The notes under the pieces were generated by a model. The model was not told the origin of the DNA. It saw only the letters and a list, made by a program, of their open reading frames with translations, and made no database searches. A DNA stretch of 64,000 nt from an uncultured delta proteobacterium (lineage in GTDB: Bacteria > Desulfobacterota > Binatia > UBA9968): NCBI GenBank assembly GCA_963728565.1, contig CAVSLC010000025.1, positions 1 to 64,000 on the forward strand, given 5' to 3'. Of this stretch, positions 1 to 11,016 are shown one piece after another. A program made the position numbers and the translations under genes. The first letter of the stretch is position 1; the number at the start of each line of letters is the position of its first letter.

Positions 1-2
1 CG

Positions 3-131
3 AGGGGCCATCGTGGGGCCTACCGCCCCCGCTACTACGGCTACGGCCACAAGCGTCACTATCAATGGCCCCGTTATGGCCACTACCGCTACTTCCCTAG
101 CTATCGTAACTTTCCCGGCTGTCGCTACTGA
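3..131 (+). CDS. 3' end of a gene entering the window; Tyr/His/Gly/Arg-rich low-complexity tail
   Basis: Frame 3 reads RGHRGAYRPRYYGYGHKRHYQWPRYGHYRYFPSYRNFPGCRY* (TGA 129-131) and is followed by a hairpin. Confidence 0.55.
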   Translation, partial: RGHRGAYRPRYYGYGHKRHYQWPRYGHYRYFPSYRNFPGCRY

Positions 132-144
132 CGCGCCGGACGGT

Positions 145-170
145 CGGTCCCCCCTTGTCGGGGGGGACCG
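145..170 (+). terminator. GC-rich hairpin after the partial gene
   Basis: CGGTCCCCCC-ttgtcg-GGGGGGACCG, 10-bp perfect stem; no U-tract. Confidence 0.45.
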
Positions 171-215
171 TGGGGGGCACAATACCGGCTTGCTGTTGAT
201 CCGAAAGGAGGGGCC

Positions 216-614
216 ATGCGCCGCCCGTCAAGAATTAATATCATCATCGCAAGTGGTCTCGCGGCGTCGATGACGTACGCTCAAGGCATCGCGATCCAGG
301 GCCCGGCCGATGTCGCCGGCAGTTGGGTGCTGGAGTCGACCGCTATATACCTAACGGGCAAACGAGCCCCCGAGGGTTCCAAATGGGTCTTCGGGGCCGA
401 CGGGAACCTGGCTCGGACCAGTCTCTACAAGTTCTCCGAGAGCCTCACCGGTGGCGGAAGTGAAGGGACGATAGAAGAGAAGTTCGAGGTCAAGGACGGC
501 AAGATCGTCACCGCGAACGGCGATACCTTCGCCCTCATCGAACGGAAACCCGATACCATGACCCTGAAGGGGCCGTTTGGGTTTTACTTCTTGAAGAAGA
601 ACGAGGAGGAGTAG
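216..614 (+). CDS. Secreted hypothetical protein, possibly lipocalin-like beta-barrel
   Basis: AAGGAGG RBS; signal peptide ending ..TYA; 'VAGSWVLES' resembles the lipocalin GxW motif. Confidence 0.7.
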   Translation: MRRPSRINIIIASGLAASMTYAQGIAIQGPADVAGSWVLESTAIYLTGKRAPEGSKWVFGADGNLARTSLYKFSESLTGGGSEGTIEEKFEVKDGKIVTANGDTFALIERKPDTMTLKGPFGFYFLKKNEEE

Positions 615-708
615 CCCGGCCCGATAGCGGGAACGAGCGTAGCGGATCCCGCCGCGCGTTCCGAGGCCCCGTCGCCGAGATTCGGCTGCGCCCCTTCCCA
701 GGCTGTCG

Positions 709-1130
709 CTACTGACGGCCCGCAGCCGAGAACCGGCGCGGTCGGTCGAGCACGTCCTTTCCGACGAACAGCATGCAGCGCCGGAACGCGACCGGGCTTT
801 CCACCAGCAATGCGGCTTTGAGGTTCTCCGGGCCGCCCCCCGTAGGCCGTTGCAGAAAGCGCCGCACGCCCTGGCCCAGTCTGGACAACGCAACCGCCAA
901 CACTTGGCCAGGTGCTCTGCCACCGCGGCCAGATAGGCATCCTGGACGACTCCGATCGCGCAAGGCTCATCCGCGATCATTTCCTGGCGGCGTTCCGGAT
1001 GGCTATAGAACTCGTCGAGGAACTCGCGTAACCCCGGATCGAAGGACTGCCCGGATCGCGTCCGCTCGGCGACTTCGTACAGCGAGCGGGGGCGATCGTG
1101 GCGGTTAGCGGCTGGCTTTATCACGCGCAT
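709..1130 (-). pseudogene. Frameshifted conserved hypothetical protein (antitoxin-like; RPxSLxEVA...DAYLAAVAEHLA...ESPxAFRR)
   Basis: N-terminal half is in ORF 351..1130; the C-terminal half (LKAALLVESPVAFRRCMLFV) is in ORF 709..963; frame switch near 875-880. Confidence 0.6.
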
Positions 1131-1176
1131 CTTGCGACGGCTCGCATCTCGCCTTGGCCGAACATCGAGCAGGCGC

Positions 1177-3249
<2,073 letters not shown>

Positions 3250-3402
3250 GGGTGAGCCTCCGATCCCGCATCTTATCGCAATCCCGGAGAACGCGATCGA
3301 ATTCATATCCCTTTTCACCGCGGTGTGTGTCTCGACAGGTTGCCCGGACACCGCCCCTTTGAGTACCCTGTGAAGTTGTTCCCTATCGCCAGGATCCCGA
3401 GC

Positions 3403-4071
3403 ATGGGCGCCACCATCCACTACACCCGCCCCGACGGCAGGCCCTGCCAGGGCTACTATGCTTCCCCCGCGAGCCGCGACCGGGCCGCCGGTATCGTCGT
3501 CATCCAGGAATGGTGGGGAGTGAACGACCAGATCAAGGGGGTCGCGGAACGCTTGGTAGGGATGGGCTATCGGACCCTGGTCCCGGACCTCTACCGCGGA
3601 GAGGTCACGGTGGAGGCGGCGGAGGCCGAGCATCTCATGAATGGGCTCGATTTCATGGATGCCACGACCCAGGACATCCAAGGCGCGGTCGATCATCTTC
3701 GGGCCGGGAGCCCGAAGGTGGCGGTCACCGGATTCTGCATGGGCGGGGCCTTGACCATCCTCTCGGCGGTCCGGGTCCAGGGACTCTCGGCGGGGGTCGC
3801 CTGGTACGGCTTTCCGCCGGCGGAGGCCGTCGATGTGAGGGGCATGGCCATTCCGCTGCTCGGCCACTTCGCCGAACAGGACGAGTTCTTTCCGATCGCC
3901 GGTGTGGACGAGCTGGAGGCGCGGCTCCAGGCCGCTAACGTCGCCTGCGAGATCCACCGCTATCCCTGCCGCCATGCCTTCGCCAACGAGACCCGCCAGA
4001 ACTACGATCCGGAGGCCGCAGCGCTGGCCTGGCGACGGACGGCGGCGTTTCTACGCACGCACCTGGCCTGA
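3403..4071 (+). CDS. Dienelactone hydrolase family protein
   Basis: [14 protein letters not shown] nucleophile, HAFAN; start at ATG 3403. Confidence 0.92.
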   Translation: MGATIHYTRPDGRPCQGYYASPASRDRAAGIVVIQEWWGVNDQIKGVAERLVGMGYRTLVPDLYRGEVTVEAAEAEHLMNGLDFMDATTQDIQGAVDHLRAGSPKVAVTGFCMGGALTILSAVRVQGLSAGVAWYGFPPAEAVDVRGMAIPLLGHFAEQDEFFPIAGVDELEARLQAANVACEIHRYPCRHAFANETRQNYDPEAAALAWRRTAAFLRTHLA

Positions 4072-4082
4072 CTGGAGCGCAG

Positions 4083-4949
4083 GTGGTTGGTTTGATCGCG
4101 ACGGATCCGCGCGGACTGGACGAGCTCCGTGTGGTGCTGTGGCGGAGCCGTCGCGACCTCGCCAGCACTGGGATCGTGGTCTTCTGCATCAGCCTCGGCC
4201 TGTATCTCGATGGCGATGTGAGCCCCTTGGGTCGGGATCTCCTCGGCCAGTACTTCCTCGGCGCCTGCGCCTGGGGCTTTCTCGTGGCGCTATTGTCGCG
4301 GGAGCCCATCCCCATCCGGGTGCAGGTCGCGATCGCGATGCTGGCGGCCACGATCTGCGAGTACACCTTCGCGCCGCTGTATCACATCTACACCTATCGC
4401 TTCGACAACGTGCCGGCCTATGTCCCGCCGGGGCACGGCATGGTCTACCTCACGGCGGTGGTGCTGGCGCGCTCGCTGCTGTTCGAACGCTATGGCGCCT
4501 CGATCACCCGGGTCGCGCTCCTCATCGGCACGGCCTGGTCGCTGTGGGGTGTGACCTTCGCCGAGCGCCTGGATACCGGCGGTGCGACGCTCTTCTGCGT
4601 CTTCTGCGCGTTCGTGCTGCTGGGCCGCTCGCCGCTCGTGTACGTCGGCGCCTTCTTCGTGACCAGCTATCTGGAGTTGGTGGGCACCTACTGGGGCACC
4701 TGGGCGTGGGCCCTGCACTGGCCGTCCTGGGGCGGGCTCCCGCAGGCCAATCCGCCGAGCGGGATCGCCGCCGGTTATTGTTTCCTCGACATGCTGGCCC
4801 TCTGCTTCGCACCTCATTTGATGCGTTTCGTCGAATGGCTGCGGCCAAAAACCATCTATCAAACCGCATCCGGCCCGGCCATGCTCCCCGTACCGGTGAC
4901 ACAAGAGGCCGATCCCCACCGACCCGCGAAGCCACACCGGCCGGTCTAG
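4083..4949 (+). CDS. Multi-pass membrane protein of unknown function
   Basis: Several hydrophobic segments; YRFDNVPAYVPPGHG; 11 nt downstream of the hydrolase. Confidence 0.75.
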   Translation: MVGLIATDPRGLDELRVVLWRSRRDLASTGIVVFCISLGLYLDGDVSPLGRDLLGQYFLGACAWGFLVALLSREPIPIRVQVAIAMLAATICEYTFAPLYHIYTYRFDNVPAYVPPGHGMVYLTAVVLARSLLFERYGASITRVALLIGTAWSLWGVTFAERLDTGGATLFCVFCAFVLLGRSPLVYVGAFFVTSYLELVGTYWGTWAWALHWPSWGGLPQANPPSGIAAGYCFLDMLALCFAPHLMRFVEWLRPKTIYQTASGPAMLPVPVTQEADPHRPAKPHRPV

Positions 4950-5103
4950 CCGACCGGCTCCCGGACGGGGCCCGTACTCGGGATCGCGCCCGTATTGCAG
5001 CGCATCAAACGCGCGTTACAATGCCTGCTGCGATGCACAAGAGCCGCGCCCCACGGGCGTGCTTCCCCGAGCGCGGCGCACGACAACCTCATTGGAGAGA
5101 CCC

Positions 5104-5298
5104 ATGGACATACAAGGCAAAGTAGCGCTCGTGACGGGCGGTGCCAGCGGCATCGGCAGCGCTGTGGCGCGCGACCTGGCGAGGCGTGGCGCGAAGGCGG
5201 TGGCACTGGTCGATCAGAGCGATCGAGTCGCCGAGCTCGCCGCGCAGCTCGACCAGGAGGCGGGCCGGAAGGTCGCCCACCCGTTCCTCGGGAACGTT
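5104..5298 (+). CDS. SDR family oxidoreductase, N-terminal fragment (truncated at the junction)
   Basis: GGAGAG RBS; MDIQGKVALVTGGASGIG Rossmann motif; homology stops at ..HPFLGNV. Confidence 0.8.
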
Positions 5299-5585
5299 AT
5301 CGCCGCGCGGAAGCGTCCGCGTGAGTTGGCAATCGCATCAAGTGTCGCCGAGTTGTCGAGCCCGTGCACGCTTGGTTGCACGACCACGGCCCGCTCGATG
5401 CCGATGATCGTGGCCATTTTTTGATAGTGCTCCAACGGCGCCGCCGGGGGAGTGTACTCGTGGGTCGAAACGAACGGGAATTTTTCCGGCGGGCCAAACA
5501 CGTGGAAATGAGTATCGCAGGCTTCGGCTGGCGGAGTGAAGTGCGGCTTTTTGGTATTTGGATCCGGTGGATAGCAGTAGGTCAC
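5299..5585 (-). CDS. Amidohydrolase_2 family (2-pyrone-4,6-dicarboxylate lactonase-like), N-terminal fragment
   Basis: ACDTHFHVFGP, RAVVVQPSVHGLDNS; homology stops at ..GRFRAAI. Confidence 0.8.
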
Positions 5586-5740
5586 GGTATTCTCTTGACA
5601 GCTACTCTTAACGAATTGCGGGGCGGGTGTCCACTTGCTTTAGACCTGACATGCACCCCCTTGACCGCGGACGGCCGCGGGGATTAAAAGCTAGCCCGTG
5701 GGCTTATAAGCGCCGGGGGAAGTATCGAAGGAGAATGGAC

Positions 5741-6619
5741 ATGAAGCCTTTTGTGATTCAATCGCACGGCCGGCTCCAAGAATGGGTTGCCCAGGAAAAA
5801 GGTTATTTCACCGAAGAAGGCCTGGATTACGAGTTCCTCGTCAAACCGATAATCACTTGGTCCGCCGGCCTGCAGACCGTCGGCGAGGCGCCGGCTGAAA
5901 TCGGTCGCGGCGCATTCGAATCCATCGAAGAAGGCCGGGGCTGCAACCTGAGCGCGGCGTGCCATTGGACCGTGAACATGGCAGCCTCCGCGGGTCACGG
6001 AAAAATGTGGGCGCAAGCGTACTCCGTTGCTCCCTCTGGCGTTTTTGTGCCACCCGAATCGACAATACACAGGGCGGAGGATCTGGCGAATGTTCCCGTC
6101 ACCGTTGGCTATCACTCGGGTAGCCATTTCTCGACTCTTCAAGGTCTTGAGATGTTTCTTCGGCGCGAACAGATCAGACTCCACTTTGCCGGCTTGCTTC
6201 TCGATCGGCTGGCACTGCTCGTTGATCGCCAGGTTCCGGCGGCCAGCCTCTTTGGCGTGCCCTTCTATGTCGTGGAACAACTTGGTTTTCGCAAGCTTGT
6301 CGACACCACTTTCATGATCGGCCATTTGGCTACCGAGAGTGCCGATCGCGAGAACGTAGCGAGATACTTCAAGGCTCTGCGCCGGGCGCAGCGTGATATC
6401 GATCTGTCGCCGGAACTCTATAAGCACTATTTTTTACGTGAGCTGCCGGAGAGATATCACCCGCTGGTGGATGTTCGTAGGTTCGGTCCCGGTGAGCGCC
6501 TGGTGTTCGAGCCTTATCCGCAAGACGCATTCGAGCGCACACGCAAATGGATCGAGTCGTGGAATCTTTTTCGGCCGGAGCAGACCGGCGATACCGGTTA
6601 CCATGACGCGGTAATCTAA
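5741..6619 (+). CDS. ABC transporter substrate-binding protein (NMT1/SsuA-like)
   Basis: WVAQEKGYFTEEGLD, AEDLANVPVTVGYHSGSH; AAGGAG RBS before ATG 5741. Confidence 0.8.
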   Translation: MKPFVIQSHGRLQEWVAQEKGYFTEEGLDYEFLVKPIITWSAGLQTVGEAPAEIGRGAFESIEEGRGCNLSAACHWTVNMAASAGHGKMWAQAYSVAPSGVFVPPESTIHRAEDLANVPVTVGYHSGSHFSTLQGLEMFLRREQIRLHFAGLLLDRLALLVDRQVPAASLFGVPFYVVEQLGFRKLVDTTFMIGHLATESADRENVARYFKALRRAQRDIDLSPELYKHYFLRELPERYHPLVDVRRFGPGERLVFEPYPQDAFERTRKWIESWNLFRPEQTGDTGYHDAVI

Positions 6620-6823
6620 CGCGGATTGTTTACTGGCAGCAGCAATCGAGGAATGAGCCTGGAGCGCCGAAGGCAACAAGTCTGTGGCTCGAAACGGCTT
6701 GCAGAGTAAGTTTGTCGAGCGAAGCATTTGTCCACAAGCCGCCAGGATCAGCTACCGGGTGCATCTTTAGGGTGAACTCCACCGGAGTGGATCGAACGAG
6801 TTGAACTGTGTGAACGTTAAAAT

Positions 6824-7684
6824 TTAGAGTCCCATCTGTCTCAGCATGGCTTGCGCCAGCGGGCTATCGGCATCGGCTAAATGCTCTGACATCGTGTAGT
6901 GATTGGCGCCGGGGATGATGAGATATTCACAATCTACGCCGCGCTCTTTGCAAAGGTTGAAAAAGTCCTCTGACATTTGCTGCCAGCCTTTGGGCTCGGC
7001 GCCGCCGACCGCCACAATGACCGGACAGATGGGTAGCGGCGGATGATGAAATGGGCTGTTCCTTTTCGCCGATTCGGGCGTGAGCCTGACCTGTTCCTGG
7101 ACACTGATGCGCATCACCATATCGAGGTCATAGACGCCGGAAGTCGCGACAGCACCTTTGATGAGGTCCCTGGGGAGACCTTCGCTCGCCCAATCGTGCG
7201 CCAGCGCCATCGCCGTTAGATGTCCGCCCGCGGAATGACCCGAGAGATAAATTTTCGCAGGATTGCCGCTGTAGCGTAAAATATTCCTGTAAACCCAGGC
7301 GATGGCAGAGCGCGTCTGGCGGACGATGTCTGAGACGGTAACGTTAGGACAGAGGTCGTACTCGACCAGGACGACCGATGCGCCCTGTTTGGTGAATACG
7401 GGGACGAAGTTGCAGTTGTCCTCTTTGCTGCCGCTGCGCCAGTAGCCGCCGTGAATATAGATTAGAACTGGGCCACCCGGCTGATCTGCGGGGTAAATGT
7501 CCAGCTTCTCACGCGGCGAAGTGCCGTAAGGCACGCCCAGCCAAGATTTCGCGCTTTCGCGTACCCGGCGCGCCTCTTCGGCGCGCTTCTTTGCCAGATG
7601 CGGATACTCCGGCACCGATTCGCGCGGATTATATTGATATTCCATTTCCTCCTGGCGGAATCCTCTATAGCCGGTGTCAATCAT
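6824..7684 (-). CDS. Alpha/beta hydrolase (arylformamidase/kynurenine formamidase-like)
   Basis: YIHGGYW, GHSAGGHL, NHY. Confidence 0.9.
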   Translation of the reverse strand: MIDTGYRGFRQEEMEYQYNPRESVPEYPHLAKKRAEEARRVRESAKSWLGVPYGTSPREKLDIYPADQPGGPVLIYIHGGYWRSGSKEDNCNFVPVFTKQGASVVLVEYDLCPNVTVSDIVRQTRSAIAWVYRNILRYSGNPAKIYLSGHSAGGHLTAMALAHDWASEGLPRDLIKGAVATSGVYDLDMVMRISVQEQVRLTPESAKRNSPFHHPPLPICPVIVAVGGAEPKGWQQMSEDFFNLCKERGVDCEYLIIPGANHYTMSEHLADADSPLAQAMLRQMGL

Positions 7685-7923
7685 ATGTATCCTTCCCTGA
7701 TCTGATCAGCACTTTGTCCCTCCGGGGAACGTAATTTACTACGGTCTTCGATGTCAACTACCCTGAGTCTGACGTTTCCCTAGATTGAAGACGCAATCAG
7801 TCCGACCGCACCGAACCGTCAGGTCTGATCGCTTCAACTGAAATGGAAGGTTGGGGAAACTATCTGTCATGTAAACTTTGTTGCTAGTGTTTGTATCTTT
7901 AGCATCCTGATAGACACGCTGCG

Positions 7924-7948
7924 GTATCCAAAAGTATCAAGCAGTATC
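7924..7948. repeat. Three GTATC direct repeats at a 10-bp period; candidate activator (UAS) site
   Basis: GTATC at 7924, 7934 and 7944, about 90-110 bp upstream of the sigma-54 site at 8033. Confidence 0.4.
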
Positions 7949-8032
7949 GTTTAGGCAGTCATTTCAGCCGGGCATCGGTTGAAAGCCGAAGAAAGTGGCC
8001 GGTTAACGATGCCCAAAGAAGATTTAGGCAAA

Positions 8033-8048
8033 TGGCACAACCGATGCA
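8033..8048 (+). promoter_or_regulatory. Sigma-54 (-24/-12) promoter
   Basis: TGGCACAACCGATGCA has correct GG-N10-GC spacing; a near-identical copy lies upstream of the paralogue. Confidence 0.75.
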
Positions 8049-8098
8049 CTAAAGAAGCTGCAGGAAGTGAAAACTTGAACAGAAAGGAGGTGAGAAAG

Positions 8099-8398
8099 AT
8101 GAAAACTATACCGCTTCTAACCAACTTGATTATCTCTTCGACATTGTTCTGGGGAGTGCCGACAGTGGGCAGTCAGGAATTGATTCTCAAGGTGCCTGTC
8201 GAGACCACCCGCTACTGCCACATGAAGTTTCCCCCGATCAGCGAAGAGTCACTATTCTCCGGCAGCCCGGTGCTGAACGAGAGCGCCGGCAACAGCATCG
8301 ACTTCTACGGCTCGTGCGATCACGACCCGTTGGGATTAGATGAGATCCGCTCTCAGAGACAGCTACTTATGCGCGGGTACTTCGCCGATGGTGATTAA
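8099..8398 (+). CDS. Small secreted two-Cys protein (paralogue A)
   Basis: AGAAAGGAGGT RBS; signal peptide; YCHMKFP..IDFYGSCDHDPLG; close paralogue at 14942-15244. Confidence 0.85.
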   Translation: MKTIPLLTNLIISSTLFWGVPTVGSQELILKVPVETTRYCHMKFPPISEESLFSGSPVLNESAGNSIDFYGSCDHDPLGLDEIRSQRQLLMRGYFADGD

Positions 8399-8414
8399 GA
8401 CGATGAGCCGCAGT

Positions 8415-8449
8415 TCAGGGGAGGGCGAAAGCCCTCTCCTGAGTTTTTT
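8415..8449 (+). terminator. Intrinsic terminator
   Basis: CAGGGGAGGGC-gaaa-GCCCTCTCCTG followed by a T-run. Confidence 0.8.
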
Positions 8450-8737
8450 AAACTTGCTTAAAGCTTCGCCTAGTACTATATCCTTGCTCACTTCATTGCT
8501 TCTGCTTGCACCTCGTTTTTGGCTGGAACCGAACCGTCATAGATTGGATTAGTGAAAGCTTTGCGCTTCATTGATACACCAAAATGAATCATAGCTTGGC
8601 TGGTTTAATTGCCGCGCCTCGGCTCACAGGTCTAAATCTTGACAAGCAAACACGAGAGCCGCTGTCTGTCAGGCTGACTCCAGATTGTACTGTTTCGGAG
8701 TACCAATCGGAGCATTTAACCTCACCGACATTTTGAA

Positions 8738-10966
8738 ATGCTCCGTCTTCGTCAGGCAACGTATTTTGGCTTCATGATCGGCATCTTCGGGGTGCTCCTA
8801 AGTTTAATTCCTTGGGTAAATGAAATCGAGGAAGACTCGGGTCTGGGGATGTTGTTGAATCTTCGCGGTCCGAGAAAACCACCGTCGGAAACCGTCGTCG
8901 TGAGTATTGATAAAGAATCGTCGGAGTCTCTCAATGTTTCGGGAAATCCGGCGCGTTGGCATCGTTCCATCCATGCTCAGTTGATTGAAAAACTGGCGGC
9001 ACGGGGAGCGCTCGCCATCATCTTTGACGTCTATTTTATAGAACCGCGATCGTTATCGGAGGACAATTTACTTGCGGCCGCAGTAAAGAAAGCCGCGAAC
9101 GTTGTGCTTGCTGAGCCCCTCAGGGCCAGGGAATTTTCCGGCCGTAATGATTCGGGTCAGGGTGAACACCGCCTGGTCAGAGCAGTCAAACCCATTGCTG
9201 CTCTTTCAGAGAATGCCATCGCCACAGCCCCGTTTGTACTTCCAAGGCTGCCTGTCAAAGTGAATTATCATTGGACCTTTCAACCGGATGCCGGTGACTC
9301 GCCGACGTTTCCGGTGGTGGCGTTCCACCTCTATGCCTCAGAGGCATACGAGGACTTTCGCAGTATGCTCGAAAGGATAAGCCCGGATCAGGCGACAAGA
9401 ATCCCGAGCAACGTTGCGGCGCAGCAAAACGGCACCGTGGCTGTCATCAAAGCTGTCAGGCAGATGTTCCTAAGCCAGCCGTGGATTTACCAGCGCATGT
9501 TATCCGACCTAGAGGGCCCGGTTATCGGAGCCGCCCCTGGGAAGCATGACTTGGTAAAATCTCTGATAGAGCTGTACGGCGGGAGTTCCAAGCGCTACCT
9601 AAATTTTTACGGCCCGCCACGAACAATCGCCACCATTCCATTCCATCGCGCCTTACGGCTCGGCGAGCAAAGAGGCGAAGATGTGGATCTCAAGGGAAAA
9701 GTCGTTTTCGTTGGCATGTCGGAAACGTTGACTTCAGAGAGAGAAGACAGCTTTTATACGGTCTTTTCACAATCCAACGGTGTGTTTCTCAGCGGTGTGG
9801 AGATCGCCGCCACGGCGTTCTCTAACTTGCTCGCTAACGACTATATAAAACCGGTCAACTCACGAGATTACCTTCTGACGATTTTTACCTGGGGTATTCT
9901 TGTGGGACTGATTTGTCGAATGATGAATATGCTCGCCGCTGCGCTATGCGTAGCTGTGTTGAGCTTTTTTTATCTGTTCGCTGCCAAGTATCAGTTTCAG
10001 AGCGACGCCCTGTGGTATCCGATTATAGTTCCTCTGTTCTTGCAGTCTCCCGGGGCTTTCTTTGGTGCCGTGCTCTGGAACTCACTTGAGACCAACAAGG
10101 AGCGACGACACATCAGGAGGGCTCTCGGCTATTACGTGCCCAGTGAATTGGTTGATCTAATCGTCAAGAATAGAGTTGATTTGCGAAAAGGTGGCCAAAC
10201 GGTTTGCGGAGTTTGTCTATTTACGGATATCGCAGGATACACCAGTGTCTCAGAAAGCATGGGACCGCGTGAGTTAAGCGAATTGATGCACCGCTACTTC
10301 GAGGCGGTGTTCGCGCCGATCAAGCAAAACGGCGGCTTGATCACTGATCTCAAGGGCGACTCGATTCTTGCCATATGGAAGGCACCTCGCCCTGATACTG
10401 CGCTATGTCGGCAAGCGTGTATGGCTGCCCTCGGCATTGCCCACTCCGTCAGCCAGTTTAACAAAACGTCTGGCTCGAAACTTCCCACCCGTATCGGTCT
10501 TCATGCCGGGCAGATGTTTCTCGGCAACATTGGTGCCGGCGACCATTACGAGTACGGTCCTACAGGGGACACAGTCAATACCGCCTCCCGACTGGACAAT
10601 CTCAATAAAATGTTGGGCACGGAAATCCTTGTCTCCGAAGAAGCGATTCGAGGCCTCGATAGTTTCGTTACCAGAAAAATCGGAAATTTTCGGTTAAAGG
10701 GAAAGGCTCAACCGCTCACCGTTTACGAATTACTTTGTCGACAAGGCGAGGCCGCGGAACAACAACAAAAAGCTTGCACGTCATTCTTGGACGCGCTCGA
10801 AACATTTCATAGGCAATATTGGAATGAGGCCGAAGAAAAATTTCAACGCTGCAATAAAGTATGGCGAAACGATCGTTTGGCCGATTTCTATATAAGACGG
10901 TGCCAAGAGTATAGGAAAACTCCGCCTCCCGATTGGGACGGTGTAATTCCATTGGAAGAAAAATAG
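8738..10966 (+). CDS. CHASE2-domain membrane-bound class III adenylate/guanylate cyclase
   Basis: N-terminal TM; CHASE2 motifs (VVVSIDKES, WHRSIHAQLI, SGVEIAAT); TM helices; LFTDIAGYT, GDS, GDTVNTASRL; C-terminal PPPDWDGV. Confidence 0.93.
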   Translation: MLRLRQATYFGFMIGIFGVLLSLIPWVNEIEEDSGLGMLLNLRGPRKPPSETVVVSIDKESSESLNVSGNPARWHRSIHAQLIEKLAARGALAIIFDVYFIEPRSLSEDNLLAAAVKKAANVVLAEPLRAREFSGRNDSGQGEHRLVRAVKPIAALSENAIATAPFVLPRLPVKVNYHWTFQPDAGDSPTFPVVAFHLYASEAYEDFRSMLERISPDQATRIPSNVAAQQNGTVAVIKAVRQMFLSQPWIYQRMLSDLEGPVIGAAPGKHDLVKSLIELYGGSSKRYLNFYGPPRTIATIPFHRALRLGEQRGEDVDLKGKVVFVGMSETLTSEREDSFYTVFSQSNGVFLSGVEIAATAFSNLLANDYIKPVNSRDYLLTIFTWGILVGLICRMMNMLAAALCVAVLSFFYLFAAKYQFQSDALWYPIIVPLFLQSPGAFFGAVLWNSLETNKERRHIRRALGYYVPSELVDLIVKNRVDLRKGGQTVCGVCLFTDIAGYTSVSESMGPRELSELMHRYFEAVFAPIKQNGGLITDLKGDSILAIWKAPRPDTALCRQACMAALGIAHSVSQFNKTSGSKLPTRIGLHAGQMFLGNIGAGDHYEYGPTGDTVNTASRLDNLNKMLGTEILVSEEAIRGLDSFVTRKIGNFRLKGKAQPLTVYELLCRQGEAAEQQQKACTSFLDALETFHRQYWNEAEEKFQRCNKVWRNDRLADFYIRRCQEYRKTPPPDWDGVIPLEEK

Positions 10967-11016
10967 TAGCTTTGCTCGTATCCATCTATTGATCTGACGA
11001 CGAAAGCAGGTGAGCG

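Noticed and set aside
3250-3975. N-terminal 242 aa of the 932-aa minus-strand ORF as a fusion domain
   Set aside because: It is the antisense shadow of the dienelactone hydrolase; the conserved protein begins at 3249
5059-5585. Overlapping SDR and amidohydrolase ORFs as a natural antisense gene pair
   Set aside because: Both are truncated at the same point; a sequence join explains this better
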